A stretch of DNA of 64,000 nucleotides from NCBI RefSeq assembly GCF_963921235.1, contig NC_086102.1, forward strand, positions 54,374,001 through 54,438,000, read 5' to 3'. Numbering within the stretch: position 1 is the first letter of the stretch; each line of letters begins with the position of its first letter. Of the stretch, positions 1 to 11,590 are shown one piece after another. The position numbers and the translations under genes are program-made. The DNA comes from Mobula hypostoma. Taxonomy: Eukaryota. The notes beneath the pieces were generated by a model that saw nothing but the letters and a program-made list of their open reading frames with translations, made no database searches and had not been told where the DNA came from.

Positions 1-920
1 TTTTCAGCTCAAGTAGCATGCACAGAAACTCAAGTAGGCCAAACAGGGTTCTAACAGCAATTTTGAGAATACGTATCCTCAGTGCCCACAGGCACTTGAT
101 GGTAGCTCCTGACTAAGACCACTTTAGAAAAAAATACCTTTCTGGCGAAGCGTGCTGAAAAGTGTTGGTGGGACTGGGTAATGACTGGGGGTGGCAGCAA
201 CCAAGATTGGGCTTCGGGACCATGTGAAGGGGTGAAGCCCAAGGGCTTTTCATCCTGCGTATAATGCCAAGCATTTCCATGTTAACAAACTCAGCCTTCA
301 TGCTGGCCGGCTTTTCTGAGTCCAGCCTATGCACATGGACCAGTGAGTCAGCTGTGGAAATGTAGTGCTCAACCCCAGGCTATGTAACTCTGGTACAAAA
401 TGGGGACTTGCTGAGGTTTGAGAATATGCCCAGCGGGTGGGTAGTCACTTATGGTGGTGCATGCACTAGACAGAATTGTTGTGAGAAACTTACTGGGTCT
501 ATAGGGTAATGACCCAGAGCTCGTTGTGTCCACAATTTGGCAGTTCCTAAGATCTACTCACCGTGTTTTGGTGCACAGGAAATATGCATACAGCAGAGAT
601 CCAGCAACTTTAGCAAGATAAAGTTCATATGCAGCATTGACCACTGAAGCAAAGCATCACGCGTTATGTCCCATAAGTCCGGATCCAGCTGCCGTTAGCA
701 GCCTCCAGTGAGGGTCCTTTGTTCTCTACCTTTTAATCAATTGTCAATACTGGCAGCAAAGTTACTTGAGTGCATGTGTCACACAGGAAGCCTCACCTGA
801 AAGGGTGTCCTTAATGAACAGCAGACTATCCTGGCAGCTATCCATGGAGTTCTCAGACCTCTGATGTCCCAATGCGCCTAGCACTGTCAAAGCTGTCACT
901 TACTGGCATTCATGCTGAAG
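1..920 (-). mobile_element. Degenerate Gypsy-type LTR retrotransposon pol fragment (protease-RT)
   Basis: ORFs 113..334 (SPWASPLHMVPK) and 51..242 (VLVRSYHQVPV) match Gypsy RT N-terminal motifs split by a frameshift; FLCDT protease-like motif near 770-790. Confidence 0.72.
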
Positions 921-1539
921 TGAGCATGTTAAAAACATAGACCTGGTATTGTCTGGTTCGGAGCCGTGGGCATGAGTCTGCTGGAAGGTCTGCTGACAGG
1001 GCTTATTGAGACAGGTAAAGAAGGAGGGACAATGCACTTCTGTCTGCCTAAGAAAGTCCATTAGAGCAAGTTCCCCATCATCCTTCAGGACTATTCAAAT
1101 TTGATCAGGCAAAAAAGCTCTTTAAAAATAAAATATGGATGGTGATTGCCTAGTAGAAGTAGCACATAGTCTGTTAGTTCTGAAGGTCTAACATCATCCA
1201 GGCTGGGCAAATTGATCCACTGTTTGCTGTGCTCGGACTTAGACAGTTCAAAAGTCTGTAATGGGTGAGTTTTCAGAGTGACTTATTTATCAGTTGCAGG
1301 TGGGTCTTCTAGTAGACTCACCACTCTGGCTGCAGAGGAACTACTCAGCAATGCAATGGCATGGTAAGATCTGGTATGTCTGTGGGGATTTCTCACAGTG
1401 CAAACTGGGCTTCTGTCTGTGCAAACATGTGGATGCATGCTGCTCCCAAAATTCCAGCAGCTTCAAACTGACTGCATTGGTTGACATATCATTGAGTAAC
1501 TCCGGAATTATCCAAGTGTCAGGGTCACCAATGTAGGAT

Positions 1540-1742
1540 TTTGTGAATAAAACGCGAATAATGAAGGCCCACTTACCATATGCCTTCTTAATCACCTTAT
1601 CAACTTGTGCGACAACTTTATGGGATCTATGGGCATGGAATCCAAGGTCCTTCTCTTGTGTCACACTGCTAAGGATCCTGCCATTAACCATGTACTCTAC
1701 CTTCAGGTTTGACCTTCCAAAGTGTATCACTTCATACAACAA
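1540..1742 (-). mobile_element. CR1 LINE ORF2 fragment
   Basis: ORF 1341..1742 begins YEVIHFGRSNLKVEYMVNGRILSSVTQEKDLG, a typical CR1 post-RT segment. Confidence 0.8.
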
Positions 1743-1809
1743 GCAACAGAACTCCCCAACTTCCAGAGGGCCAAATTACGCACAGCTCTTCCATACGAAT
1801 GAGCATTTG

Positions 1810-2856
1810 GCAGAATCAGAATCAGTGGCATATGTTGTGAAATTTGTTGGTTTGCAGCAGTAATACAATACATAATAATAAAAAACTATAAATTACAACA
1901 AGATATATATATATAAATTTATTTTAAACAAGTAGTGCAAAAAGAGAGCAAAAAAACCGAGGTAGTCTGTGTGGTTTATTCTTCATTCTGAAATCTGATG
2001 GTGGAGGGGAAGAACCTGTTCCTGATACACTGAGTAGGTGTCTTCAGGCCACTTTGCTCATCCTTAATGGTAGAACTGAGAAGAGGTCATATCCAGGGTG
2101 ATTAGGGTCCCAACTGTTGGATGCCGCCTTTTCGAGACATCACCTTTTGAATATGCCCTCAATGCTGGGAAGGCTAGTGCCCACTCAGGAGCTGACTGAA
2201 TTTACAACTTTCTGCAACTTTTTCTGATCCTGTGCAGTGGCCCATCCATAGCAATCAGTGATGCGACCAGTTCGAATGCTCTCCATGGTACGTCTGTAGA
2301 AATTTGCTAGAGTATTTGGTGACATACCAAGTCTTCTCAAACTCCCAGTGAAATACAGCTGCTGTTGTCCTTTCTTGGTAATTGCATCAATATGTTGGGC
2401 CCAGGATAGATCTTCAGAGATGTTGACACCCAGGAACTTGAAACTGCTTACACTTTCCATTGCTGACATGTCGATGAGAACGGTGTGTGTGCCCGTGATT
2501 TCCCCTTCCTGAAGTCCACAACCAATTTCTTGGTCTTACTGACATTTAGTACAAGGTTGTTGCAATACCCCTCAACTAGCTGATCGATATCACTCCTGTA
2601 CACATCCTCATCACCATCTGAAATTCTGCCAACAATAGTTATGTCATCGGCCCACTTATAGACAGACTTTGAGCTGTGCTTAACCACACAGCCATAGGCA
2701 TAATGAGAGTGAGCAGTGGGATAAGCACGCAACCTTCAGGTGTGCCGTTGCTGATTGTCAGCAAGGAGGAGATGTTATTTTTGGTCCACACTGACTGTGG
2801 TCTCCTGATGAGGAAGACAAGGTTGCAGCTGCAGAGAGGGGTACAGAGGTCCAGAT
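1810..2856 (-). mobile_element. Rex1/Babar-type LINE, older 3' fragment
   Basis: YKWADD (RT xADD motif), SFKFLGVNISEDLSW; (ATTCTG)n-type tail seen as cagaatcagaatcag at about 1811. Confidence 0.75.
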
Positions 2857-3960
2857 TTTAGATTTAGATTAGATTAGATTAGATTCAACTTTATTGTCAT
2901 TGTGCGGAGTACAGATACACAGCCAATGAAATACAGTTAGCATCTGACCAGAAATGCAAAGAATTACAAAATAACTGTGAATAAAAAGTAAGTGCTACAG
3001 CACACAAATATAAAAGTACTGAGACAGTACAATATGGATGCAATACTGCTTAGCGCTGTGATGTGAGTTTTAACAGGGTCACAGCCGAAGGGAAGAAGCT
3101 CTTCCTGTGCCTGCTGGTGTGGGAGCAGAGGCTTCTGTAGTACCTACCAGATGGGATGAGAGTAAAAAGTCCATGGTTAGGGTGAGATGCATCCTTGATA
3201 ATGCTTTTTGCCCTGCCCAGGCAGCATTTATGGTAGATGTTCTCAATGGTGGGCAATTGGGTGCCGATAATCCGCTGGGCAGTTTTCACCACATGCTGGA
3301 GTGCTTTGCGGTCTGATACGGGACAATTGCTATACCACACTGAGATGCAGTTGGTGAGTATGCTCTCAATGATACAGCGGTAAAAGTCCATCAGTATCCT
3401 GGCACAGAGGTGAGTTTTCTTGATGCTCCGCAGGAAATAAAGGCGCTGTTGTCCCTTTTTGATCAGGATGGAGGGGTTCAGGGACCAGGTGAGATCCTCG
3501 GAAATGTGGACACGAAGGAACTTGAAGCTTGTTACATGCTCCACTAGCATGCCTGAAGTCCACAATGATCTCCTTGGTCTTCTGGGTGTTAAGGGCCAGG
3601 TTGTTGTCGGCACACCATACGGCCAGGTGCTGGACCTCGTCCCTGTAGGCTGTCTCATCATCCCCTCTGATCAGGCCAACAACCATGGTGTCATCTGCGA
3701 ACTTGATTATGGAGTTAGAACCCTGTACAGGAACGCAGTCATAGGTGAAAAGGGAGTACAGAAGAGAGCTCAGCACACAGCCTTGAGGCACGCCGGTGTT
3801 CAGGGTGAGAGTGGAGGAGGAGAGGCTGTCTAACTTAACTGATTGGGGTCAGTTAGTCAGTCTGTTAATCAACAAGCTCCAGAAATCTTGGAGCTTGTTG
3901 ATTAGAACTGACAGTATGATTGTGTTGAACATTGAGCTGTAATCAATAAACAGCGTGTCA
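2857..3960 (-). mobile_element. Rex1/Babar-type LINE, younger 3' fragment
   Basis: ORFs 3366..3791 (PQGCVLSSLLYSLFT, KFADD) and 3050..3661; (ATCTA)n tail at about 2858-2885. Confidence 0.85.
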
Positions 3961-4589
3961 GGGGCGTTGCTATTGTCTTGGTGATCGAAGGCTGAATGGA
4001 GAGCCAGTGACTGGGAGACTGCTGGGGTGGATTTATCAGCTGCTGCGAGGCTCGAGGCAGTTTTTTCTGAGTGGGAACTTCATCTGCAGCTCTGGTGCAA
4101 TGTTATGATCACAATACATGTTCTATGTTCACTCAGCATACAGGAAATAAATCATACTTTATTGCATGCTGAGCACTGATATTACCTAGTATAGATAATA
4201 GTTTTTCAACCACAATATGTTTGCATCTTTCAGAGAAATCAGAATGTTTGAGTTAAATGCCGTAGTTTAACACACAGATTGCCCTTTGTTGACCTATGTT
4301 TTATTTAAATATATTGTTGGGTGATCACATTTCCAACTTACAAATTCTTCAGGTTACAACCCAGCTCTCATGAACAGAACGCTGTCATAACCTGACACTG
4401 GAGCCAAAGAAGGCAGTACTAGACCACAACCAGGAGAGGTCACTATTGTAACGATTGACCTGACTGAAGTCAGCAAAGTAACTTCAGGTAAGCTAAGAAC
4501 TGCAGAAAAAAAAGTTTAGACCAATAAACTGATGTTGCCGAGAGCAGATGAGGGGGGAACAAAAGGAAAGCAGCAATTGCAATGGCTGC

Positions 4590-4895
4590 AGCCTGGATTA
4601 GAAAGACCCTGGTATAAAAGTATCATGGGAAATACCTCAAGGAAGGCAGAATATAAATCATTCCTCCAACAGACCTGGTGGTGGTCAGGACTGGGTAGAC
4701 ATGCAGGGAGATTCTGTTAGCTGTGTGTCATATTCATCCGAGCACTAGTAAGAGAGAGATAAAAGTAGAATTCAGCGTGACCACAGAGCCCCTACAAAGT
4801 CTACAAATGGATTTTGCCAGACCCTTGGAAAGTGGAGGAAACTGGTACTGGTTGGTAATCACAGAGGATTCCGCCACTCGGAGAAAACATTTCTG
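4590..4895 (+). mobile_element. Degenerate LTR-retroelement integrase fragment (Gypsy or ERV)
   Basis: Across frameshifts reads ...KYHG...LQQTWWWSGL...FC*LCVI (HHCC-like), then EPLQSLQMDFARPLESGGNWYWLVI (core Asp motif). Confidence 0.55.
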
Positions 4896-5042
4896 ATATG
4901 AAATTGTGCTTCTGGCACTATAGTGTGGATTATTCTTCAAAAAATCATTCCATCAGGATGGATTTTGGTTGGAGATTATTTTATATCATATAACTTAATT
5001 CATAATAATAATTATTTACAAGAATAAACCACGCAATGCCTT

Positions 5043-5255
5043 TTAGATTAGATTAGATTAGATTCAACTTTATTGTCATTGTGCCGAGTACAGATAAAAA
5101 GCCAATGAAATACAGTTAGCATCTGACCAGAAATGCAAAGAATAGCTTTATTTACAAAATTCACTGCGAATAAAGAAAGTGCTACAGCACACAAATATAG
5201 AAGTACTGAGACAGTACAATACGGATGCAATACTGCTTAGCGCTGTGATGAGAGG
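5043..5255 (-). mobile_element. Short 3' tail of the same Rex-Babar family as 2857-3060
   Basis: Near-identical to 2860-3065, including the (ATCTA)n tail. Confidence 0.85.
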
Positions 5256-5277
5256 TTTTCATTCTTACATTAATGAA

Positions 5278-5442
5278 TGGTAGTGGTAGTTGATAGGGTT
5301 ATTCCCATTCCACTCAGTTAGCTGCTCCCACGTGGGTGGAGTTCACATCATGTACAAGTAGGGATCATTAAAGTTCAGTTAAATATACTGCATGCTGGCG
5401 TCCTGGTATGCTCTGCACTGTCCCTCAATATCGAGTAGAACA
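5278..5442 (+). repeat. 5' LTR of Gypsy element 1
   Basis: Direct repeat of 10154-10307; ends in CA immediately before the PBS. Confidence 0.85.
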
Positions 5443-5457
5443 TGGTGTCAGAAGTGG
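5443..5457 (+). promoter_or_regulatory. Primer-binding site complementary to tRNA-Leu 3' end
   Basis: TGGTGTCAGAAGTGG directly after the LTR CA; complementary to ...CCCACUUCUGACACCA of vertebrate tRNA-Leu(CAA). Confidence 0.75.
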
Positions 5458-7762
5458 TTGATCGTCAATGCTGCACACCAAATGAGATCTCCATCATGAA
5501 AGGAATTACAGTAGTACTGTTCTTGTTCCCATATATCAATGAAAAACATCCAGAGACTTATCAACCTGAACTGTTGATGCTAGTTTGCTAAGTTGTATAC
5601 ACCAAGAGGCTTGAGCTGTAATAATCTGTGGCACACAAGCCTGGTGAATTACACAGATGCAGCAGAGAAGTCAGTCAAATTCTCAGAGAGAGAAAAGAAG
5701 CTTTTCTAGTCCAAATAAATAAAATAATAAATAAATAAACAGGAAAATGGTGCAAACACCTGCAGTACCTACATCTACTTATCTACTTCCCTAATAACCC
5801 CCCCCCCCCCCAAGATATTTGATTTTTCTAAACCAGGGGACATTGAGAGATGGCTCAGACACTTTTAGAGATTTAGAGTTGCAAGCAATCTCACTCAGGC
5901 TTCAGAAGAGCATCAAGTAAGCACACTGATATACTGCATTAGGGACAAAGCAGATGATATCATGGGTGGATTGGAACTGATAGATGTTCAGAAAAAAAAG
6001 TACAAAACAGTGCAGGACAAATTCAAAGAATATTCCACAGGAAAGCAAAATGTGATATATGAGAGGGCAAAGTTCAACTCCAGAAAACAGGAGCTAGATG
6101 GAAGTTAAAATGACTTCATCACAGCATTTTATGTTCTGTCAGACAACTCTGCAAATGAAAATCTGAGAGATGAGTTCATTGGAGACAGGATTATTGTCAG
6201 GCTACTAGACACCAAATTGTCAGAGAGACTTCAGTTGCAGGCAAATCTCACACTAGAGAAAGTCATGACTATGGTCAGGCGGAGTGAGAATGTTTATCAG
6301 CAACAGGCAGAACATAGGCAGAAAATTATGCCAAGGCAAAGATAGAAGCTGTACAAAAAGAATGGTACAAACAAATTGCAGTCAGAAAGACTGCAGAAAA
6401 AGGTGACAGGAGAATTCAGCTCAAACAAAACAGACAAGCAAAACAAAGAGCAGGAGAAAATGTCCAACTGCAGGAGATGTGGCAACTCTTCATTCCATGT
6501 CAAAGAGCTCTGTCCAGCAAAAGAAGAGAAATGCCACCAATGCATTAGAGATGGTCATTATAAAAGCCAGTGTCACTCCAAAACAGTTCTTCAGGAGGTC
6601 ATAGAAGGCCATAATTCAGATGAACAAAGAGCTTTCATTGGGGTTTTAGATTCAAATAGACAGGGCTGGTGTACTATAGTTCAGTTGCAAAATGAGGCTG
6701 TGTCGTTCAAAATAAACACTGAAGCAGATGTCACAGCCATCCCCACGTCAGTTCATAAAACTGGCGAGAAAAAACAGGCTTTACGCTAAACTTAACAAAG
6801 AAAATGCTCATGAGGCCAGGGAAACATAAGCTCAGTGTGAAAAGAATGTTCACTACTTCCATCTGTAAAATGATTAGCAGTTAAAAGAGGATATCTATGT
6901 TGTTCAGAATCTCTTCTCACCACTACTGGGACAACATGCCATCAAGAAGCTAAACCTCATTACGAGGTTGGATTGGTTAAATAATGTTCAAGGCAGAACA
7001 AGTACCCAGAGTTATTCACAAACCTGCGATTACTGAAAGAAGAGTACCTTATCCAACTGGGACCAGGAGTGACGCCCTACTCTCTTACCACAGCAAAGCA
7101 TATAACCGTCCCATTGATGAACAAAGTTAAAGCTGAACCTGAGAGATTGGAGGCACTTGATACTATAACTAGAGTGAATGGACCTACTGAGTAGTGTGCA
7201 CGCATTGTTCCTGTTCAAAAGCCAGATGAAACAATTCTGCATTATTCACTGCAAGATTGAATAATGCCGTGAGGTGGGAAAAAATTATTCTGCCCTCTGA
7301 GCACACATTGGGTATGCTGGGTGGGGAAAAGTTCTTCAACAAACTAGATGCAAACTCGGGGGTTCTGGCAGATCTGTTTAGCTCCTGAGTCACAGTAGCC
7401 CATAACCTTTATCACACCATATGGGCTCTATGCCTTCAAGAGATTCCCTTTTGACATCTTATCAGCCCTTGAACCCTTTCAAAGTTTGGTTCATCCTCAT
7501 CTGGAGGGACTGGAAGGAGTCGTCTGCCACATGGACGATATATTCTTCTTCAGAGGCACAAGTGAGGAACATGACAAAAGAGTGGAAGCTGCCTTGGAGA
7601 AACTGAAACAGGCCAGAAACAGCCTGAACAAATAGAAATGTGAAATTTCAAAGTTGAAGTTCTGAGGGCACAAACTGTCCTCAGATGGAGTCCATCCAGA
7701 TTCAGACAAACTGGCAGGAGTTCAGAACAAGGAACAGCCTACGAATGTATTAGACAATATAG

Positions 7763-8030
7763 ACAATAGGTGCAGGAGTAGGCCATTCGGCCCTTCGAGC
7801 CAGCACCGCCATTCACTGTGATCATGGCTGATCATCCACAATCAGTATCCAGTTCCTGCCTTATCCCCATAACCTTTGATTCCGCTATCTTTAAGAGCTC
7901 TATCCATCTCTTTTTTGAAAGCATCCAGAGATTTGCCCTCCACAGACTTCTGGGGCAGAGCATTCCATACATCCACCACTCTCTGGGTGAAAAAGTTTTT
8001 CCTCAACTCCATTCTAAATGGCCTACCCCT
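7763..8030 (-). mobile_element. Young CR1 3' end inserted in Gypsy element 1
   Basis: GGTGCAGGAGTAGGCCATTCGGCCCTTCGAGCC 3'UTR shared with 26461-26876 and 63722-64000; (CTATTGT)n tail. Confidence 0.85.
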
Positions 8031-8411
8031 AAACAGAGTTTAGGTGAGAAGGTGAGAGATGAAACAGAGTTTATCGCTCAGCCTACAGTGGCGTTCTTTG
8101 ATCTGAACAAAGCAACCAAGGTCTCATCAGACACTTCCTCTTTTGGCCTGGGGGAGTGCTCATGTAATACTGCAGTGATGTATGGAAACCGGTGGCATAT
8201 GCATCAAGAGCACTGACTCCTACTAAACAGCTTTATGCCCAGATCAAACAGGAGATACTGGCTTTTGTGTGGGCTTGTGAACGCTTCAGCTGCCATTTGA
8301 TAGGCAGTAAATTCCTACTTGAAACAGACCACAAGCCACTTGTCAGCCTCCTCAGCTCGAAACACTTGGATGACTTACCTCCATGTCTGCAAAGGTTCAG
8401 AATGAGTTTTA

Positions 8412-8832
8412 TACAAGACACACAAAATGCTGGAGGAACTCAGCATGCCAGACAGCATCAATGGAAAAGAGTAAAGAGTCGACTTTTCAGGCTGAGACCC
8501 TTCATCAGGACTAGAAATGAAGAGAAGAAGTCAGAGTAAGAAGTTGGGGGGAGGAGAGGAAGTACAAGTTGGTAGGTGTCAGGGGAGGGGGGAAGAAGTG
8601 GAGGTAAAGAGTTGGGAAGTTGATTGGTGAAAGAGGGATGGACAGGAAGGAATCTGATAGGAGAGGACAGAAGCCCATGAAAGAAAGGGAAAGGGGAGGA
8701 CCACCAGAGGGAAGTGATAGGCAGGTGAGGAAATAAGGTAGCAAGAGAAAAAGGAATGGGGAATGGTGAAAGGGAGGCAATTACCAGAAGTTCAAGAAAT
8801 TAATGTTCATGCCTTCAGGTTGGAAGCTACTG
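8412..8832 (-). mobile_element. Penelope-like element 3' fragment
   Basis: GIY-YIG C-terminal remnant (LQPEGMNINF-like) at about 8795-8830, purine-rich 3'UTR and hammerhead core. Confidence 0.75.
8477..8512 (-). ncRNA. Minimal type I hammerhead ribozyme motif (one core deviation)
   Basis: AGUC-CUGAUGA-AGG(GUCUCAG)CCU-GAAA-A-GUC-GACU; C-to-A change in stem III relative to intact copies. Confidence 0.55.
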
Positions 8833-10141
8833 GCTTGAAAGCTACTCACCGTTCTTGATGGTTTGCTGCTAAAGAGCTCCAGACTCCTCATTCCTGTTCT
8901 ATGAACACCAGGATCATCAGTCAAGTCCACCAAAGACATCAAGGCATCAATAAATGCCATCTAAGAACAAGGCAATCCATGTGATGGTCTAGTCTGACCA
9001 CAAAGCTGGACGATTATGTAAAACAATGTAAGGCATGCAGAAAACTGCACAAAAATCTTTCCGAACCGCTCTGCCCCAAGGATTTCCCAGACTTTACATG
9101 GCAACTTGCAGGCACAGACATTTTCAAGATGAAAAGAGATGTATCTTCTCACTGTGGATTACTACTCATGGAATGTTAAGTTGTCCAGGCTATCCTCTAA
9201 GTTCTCAGAAGCAGTTATACAGCACCTGAAAGCTATATTCACTTACCGGAGACATTTGTGTCAGACAACAGTCCATAATTCAGCTGCTTAGAATTCAAAG
9301 CCTTTGCTGGGAACTATGAGTTCAAACACCAGACAAGAAGTCCACAGTACCACAGGCAAATGGAGAGGCAGAAAGAGCAGTGCAAACGTTTAACAGTCTC
9401 CTACTGAAGGCAAAAGGTCTCAACAAAGCACTAGTAGCTTTATTGCTCCACACCTCTTGTGAAAGGCTACATTCTATCAAAGCTGTAAGTGGAGAAGCCT
9501 GCCCATTCTTCCTTCCCTTCTTTAACCTCATACACTGGACTTGCACAAAATGAGAAATTAAGAGACAACACAGCATGGAGTCAACTCAACAAAGGTGGAA
9601 CAGCTGTACGCTTGAGTGCCTTCAAAGTCCACAAAAGGTGGAGAAAGAACAGGGGTGGCTCGATTGTTATGATGAGGACCGTGTTCCTGAGGTGGACACC
9701 TGTTCAAGAATCTCCATCCACTCCAACGCTTTCAGGAACCTATACCAGATCGGGTCATTTATCTGTCCCACCACAGAGATATACTCCAAGGCCTAGTAGC
9801 TTAGAGCAATTGACTAAATAGACAGAATAACCCTTTCACTTTGCTAGGGTGTTCAGGTAGTCTAGCCAGACCGCCATTAGATTTTGTGTTTTTTTAAAGT
9901 TCTAACGTTGAAAATATTTCACAAAATGAGACTGTTCTTAAAAAAAGGAATTAGTGGAAAAAAGGAGGAAAACAAAGATCGAGAGAGAGCATTAAAAAAA
10001 CAAAGAGACAGTTATAATGTTGACAATTCTTTTTTATGTTTATATATGGGTAAAGTGAACTGAATCACGCAATTTCAGTGACTATAATTTCAATGCAGTT
10101 CTCTAGATAGGAAGTACATTCCCAGTTTTGCTTTTTCTTTC

Positions 10142-10307
10142 AAAAAGGGGAGATGCGGTGGCAGTTAATAGTGTTAACACTCAGTTAGCCACTCCCACAT
10201 GGGTGGAGTTCACCGTGTACGAACAGGGATCAGGGAAGTTCAGTTACGTATCCTGCATGCTGATGTCCTGGTGTGTTCTGCAGTGTCCCTCAATAATGAA
10301 CACAACA
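10142..10307 (+). repeat. Polypurine tract plus 3' LTR of Gypsy element 1
   Basis: AAAAAGGGGAGA (10142-10153) followed by TG...CA LTR 10154-10307. Confidence 0.85.
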
Positions 10308-10384
10308 TAAGCAATGCATGAAGTAATGTTCTATTAGATCTCTTAAACCAAGTAGACTGTTGCTGCACATGTGGTCCTCTGGGC

Positions 10385-11590
10385 TATTACATTTATTACA
10401 ATAAATGAGAGGCTTCCACATCACTCCACATGCCCCCCCCCCACAAGTTCAGTAACTTGAAGAACCCAACTCTGTGGTCCTTACCCACAGTGGCCTTACA
10501 TCAAGCCTCAGTGTGTTTCACAGCACATACTCCTGCAGCCTGGAGTGTGTCAGTCAGCAGCATTCTTCTACTGACACCTCGATGTGCTGGCAAACCTTTA
10601 GGTTTCAGGCAGACCAAACAATGACTTTCGCTGAGCTGACGATTTTCCAGCAGCCCTTGATACCTGTCACTGTGTGCCCCTGGGAACATCATGTAGATCA
10701 GAGAGTCTGCTTTTGTGCAGCTGCTCAGAACGAAGTGTGATACAGGCCCCTGCATCTTTCACACCTCTCTATATACTCTTCACAAACGCAAAGTTCGCGA
10801 AGAAGTGAGCAACACCCACAACAGTCATCCTGCAGGCAGTATACAGTGACAGCAATGCTCCAGGCATGCAGGATGGTTCTGACTATGAGGGCCCCTCTCA
10901 CTGCCAGCCAGGCAAGGTCTGGGTGCCTGTTGGTGAGGTGTGGTGATGAGGCATTCTGCCATTTGGTTTGTACAGTCTGCTGAGCGAACCACTCCAACGA
11001 GTCCATTGAGACCTTCTCCTGTAGTATCTGCAGGATGTTCTGAGCTGAGCACTACCTGATGGACTTGTGGTCAAAGATGTTGGTCCAGAAGAACTTTTCC
11101 ATGAAGGACAGATAGTGCAGCAGTGTCCAACTGACTGGGATGTTGCATGGCAATGTGGCCAGACCCATCCTTCACAACACCAGGGACAGATTGTATCTCA
11201 GCATGTAGTGGTACATAGTGCCACATACTTAGGTTCCAGACATGGCCTGATGCAGCCACACATGAAGGTGGTCATCAGAGTGAGGGAAACATTAGGTCCA
11301 TTTTTGCCCCTGTTATCCAGGGATTTCTGCATCATAACCCACCTGACTCGCTCCGTTTCGAATTCCCAACTGAACTTGAAGACAGTTAGGGAGATTTTCA
11401 AAGGTCGACCACACCTACACCAAGTACAGCATTCTTGAGAGGATTTCATACCTGATGACCAGGTTCTTCGTAGTTATTGAGAGGGAGCGTCCTCCCATCA
11501 TCCCAGTTTCTATTGTGCCTTCCCAATCTGCTCCAGCCAATTCTTGTTGGCTCCTCCAAACCAGAATTCTTCCCAGCACCTTCAAATAAT
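10385..11590 (-). mobile_element. Old Tx1-clade LINE ORF2 3' fragment
   Basis: WQNASSPHLTNRHPDLAWLAVRGAL and MQKSLDNRGKNGPNVSLTLM, homologous to 58378..59457. Confidence 0.85.

Larger units (their letters stand above)
5278..10307 (+). mobile_element. Gypsy LTR retrotransposon (K02A2.6-like), both LTRs present, decayed
   Basis: LTRs 5278-5442 and 10154-10307 (TG...CA); gag DRIIVRLLDTKLSERLQ with double Zn knuckle (ORF 6376..6789); protease FKINTEADVT; RT; RNase H LETDHKPL; HHCC integrase about 8900-9050. Confidence 0.9.

Noticed and set aside
4353-4487. 135-nt plus-strand segment with good splice sites (ttcttcag|G ... CAG|GTAAGC)
   Set aside because: All three frames contain stops and no partner exons were found; it cannot be supported as an exon without RNA data
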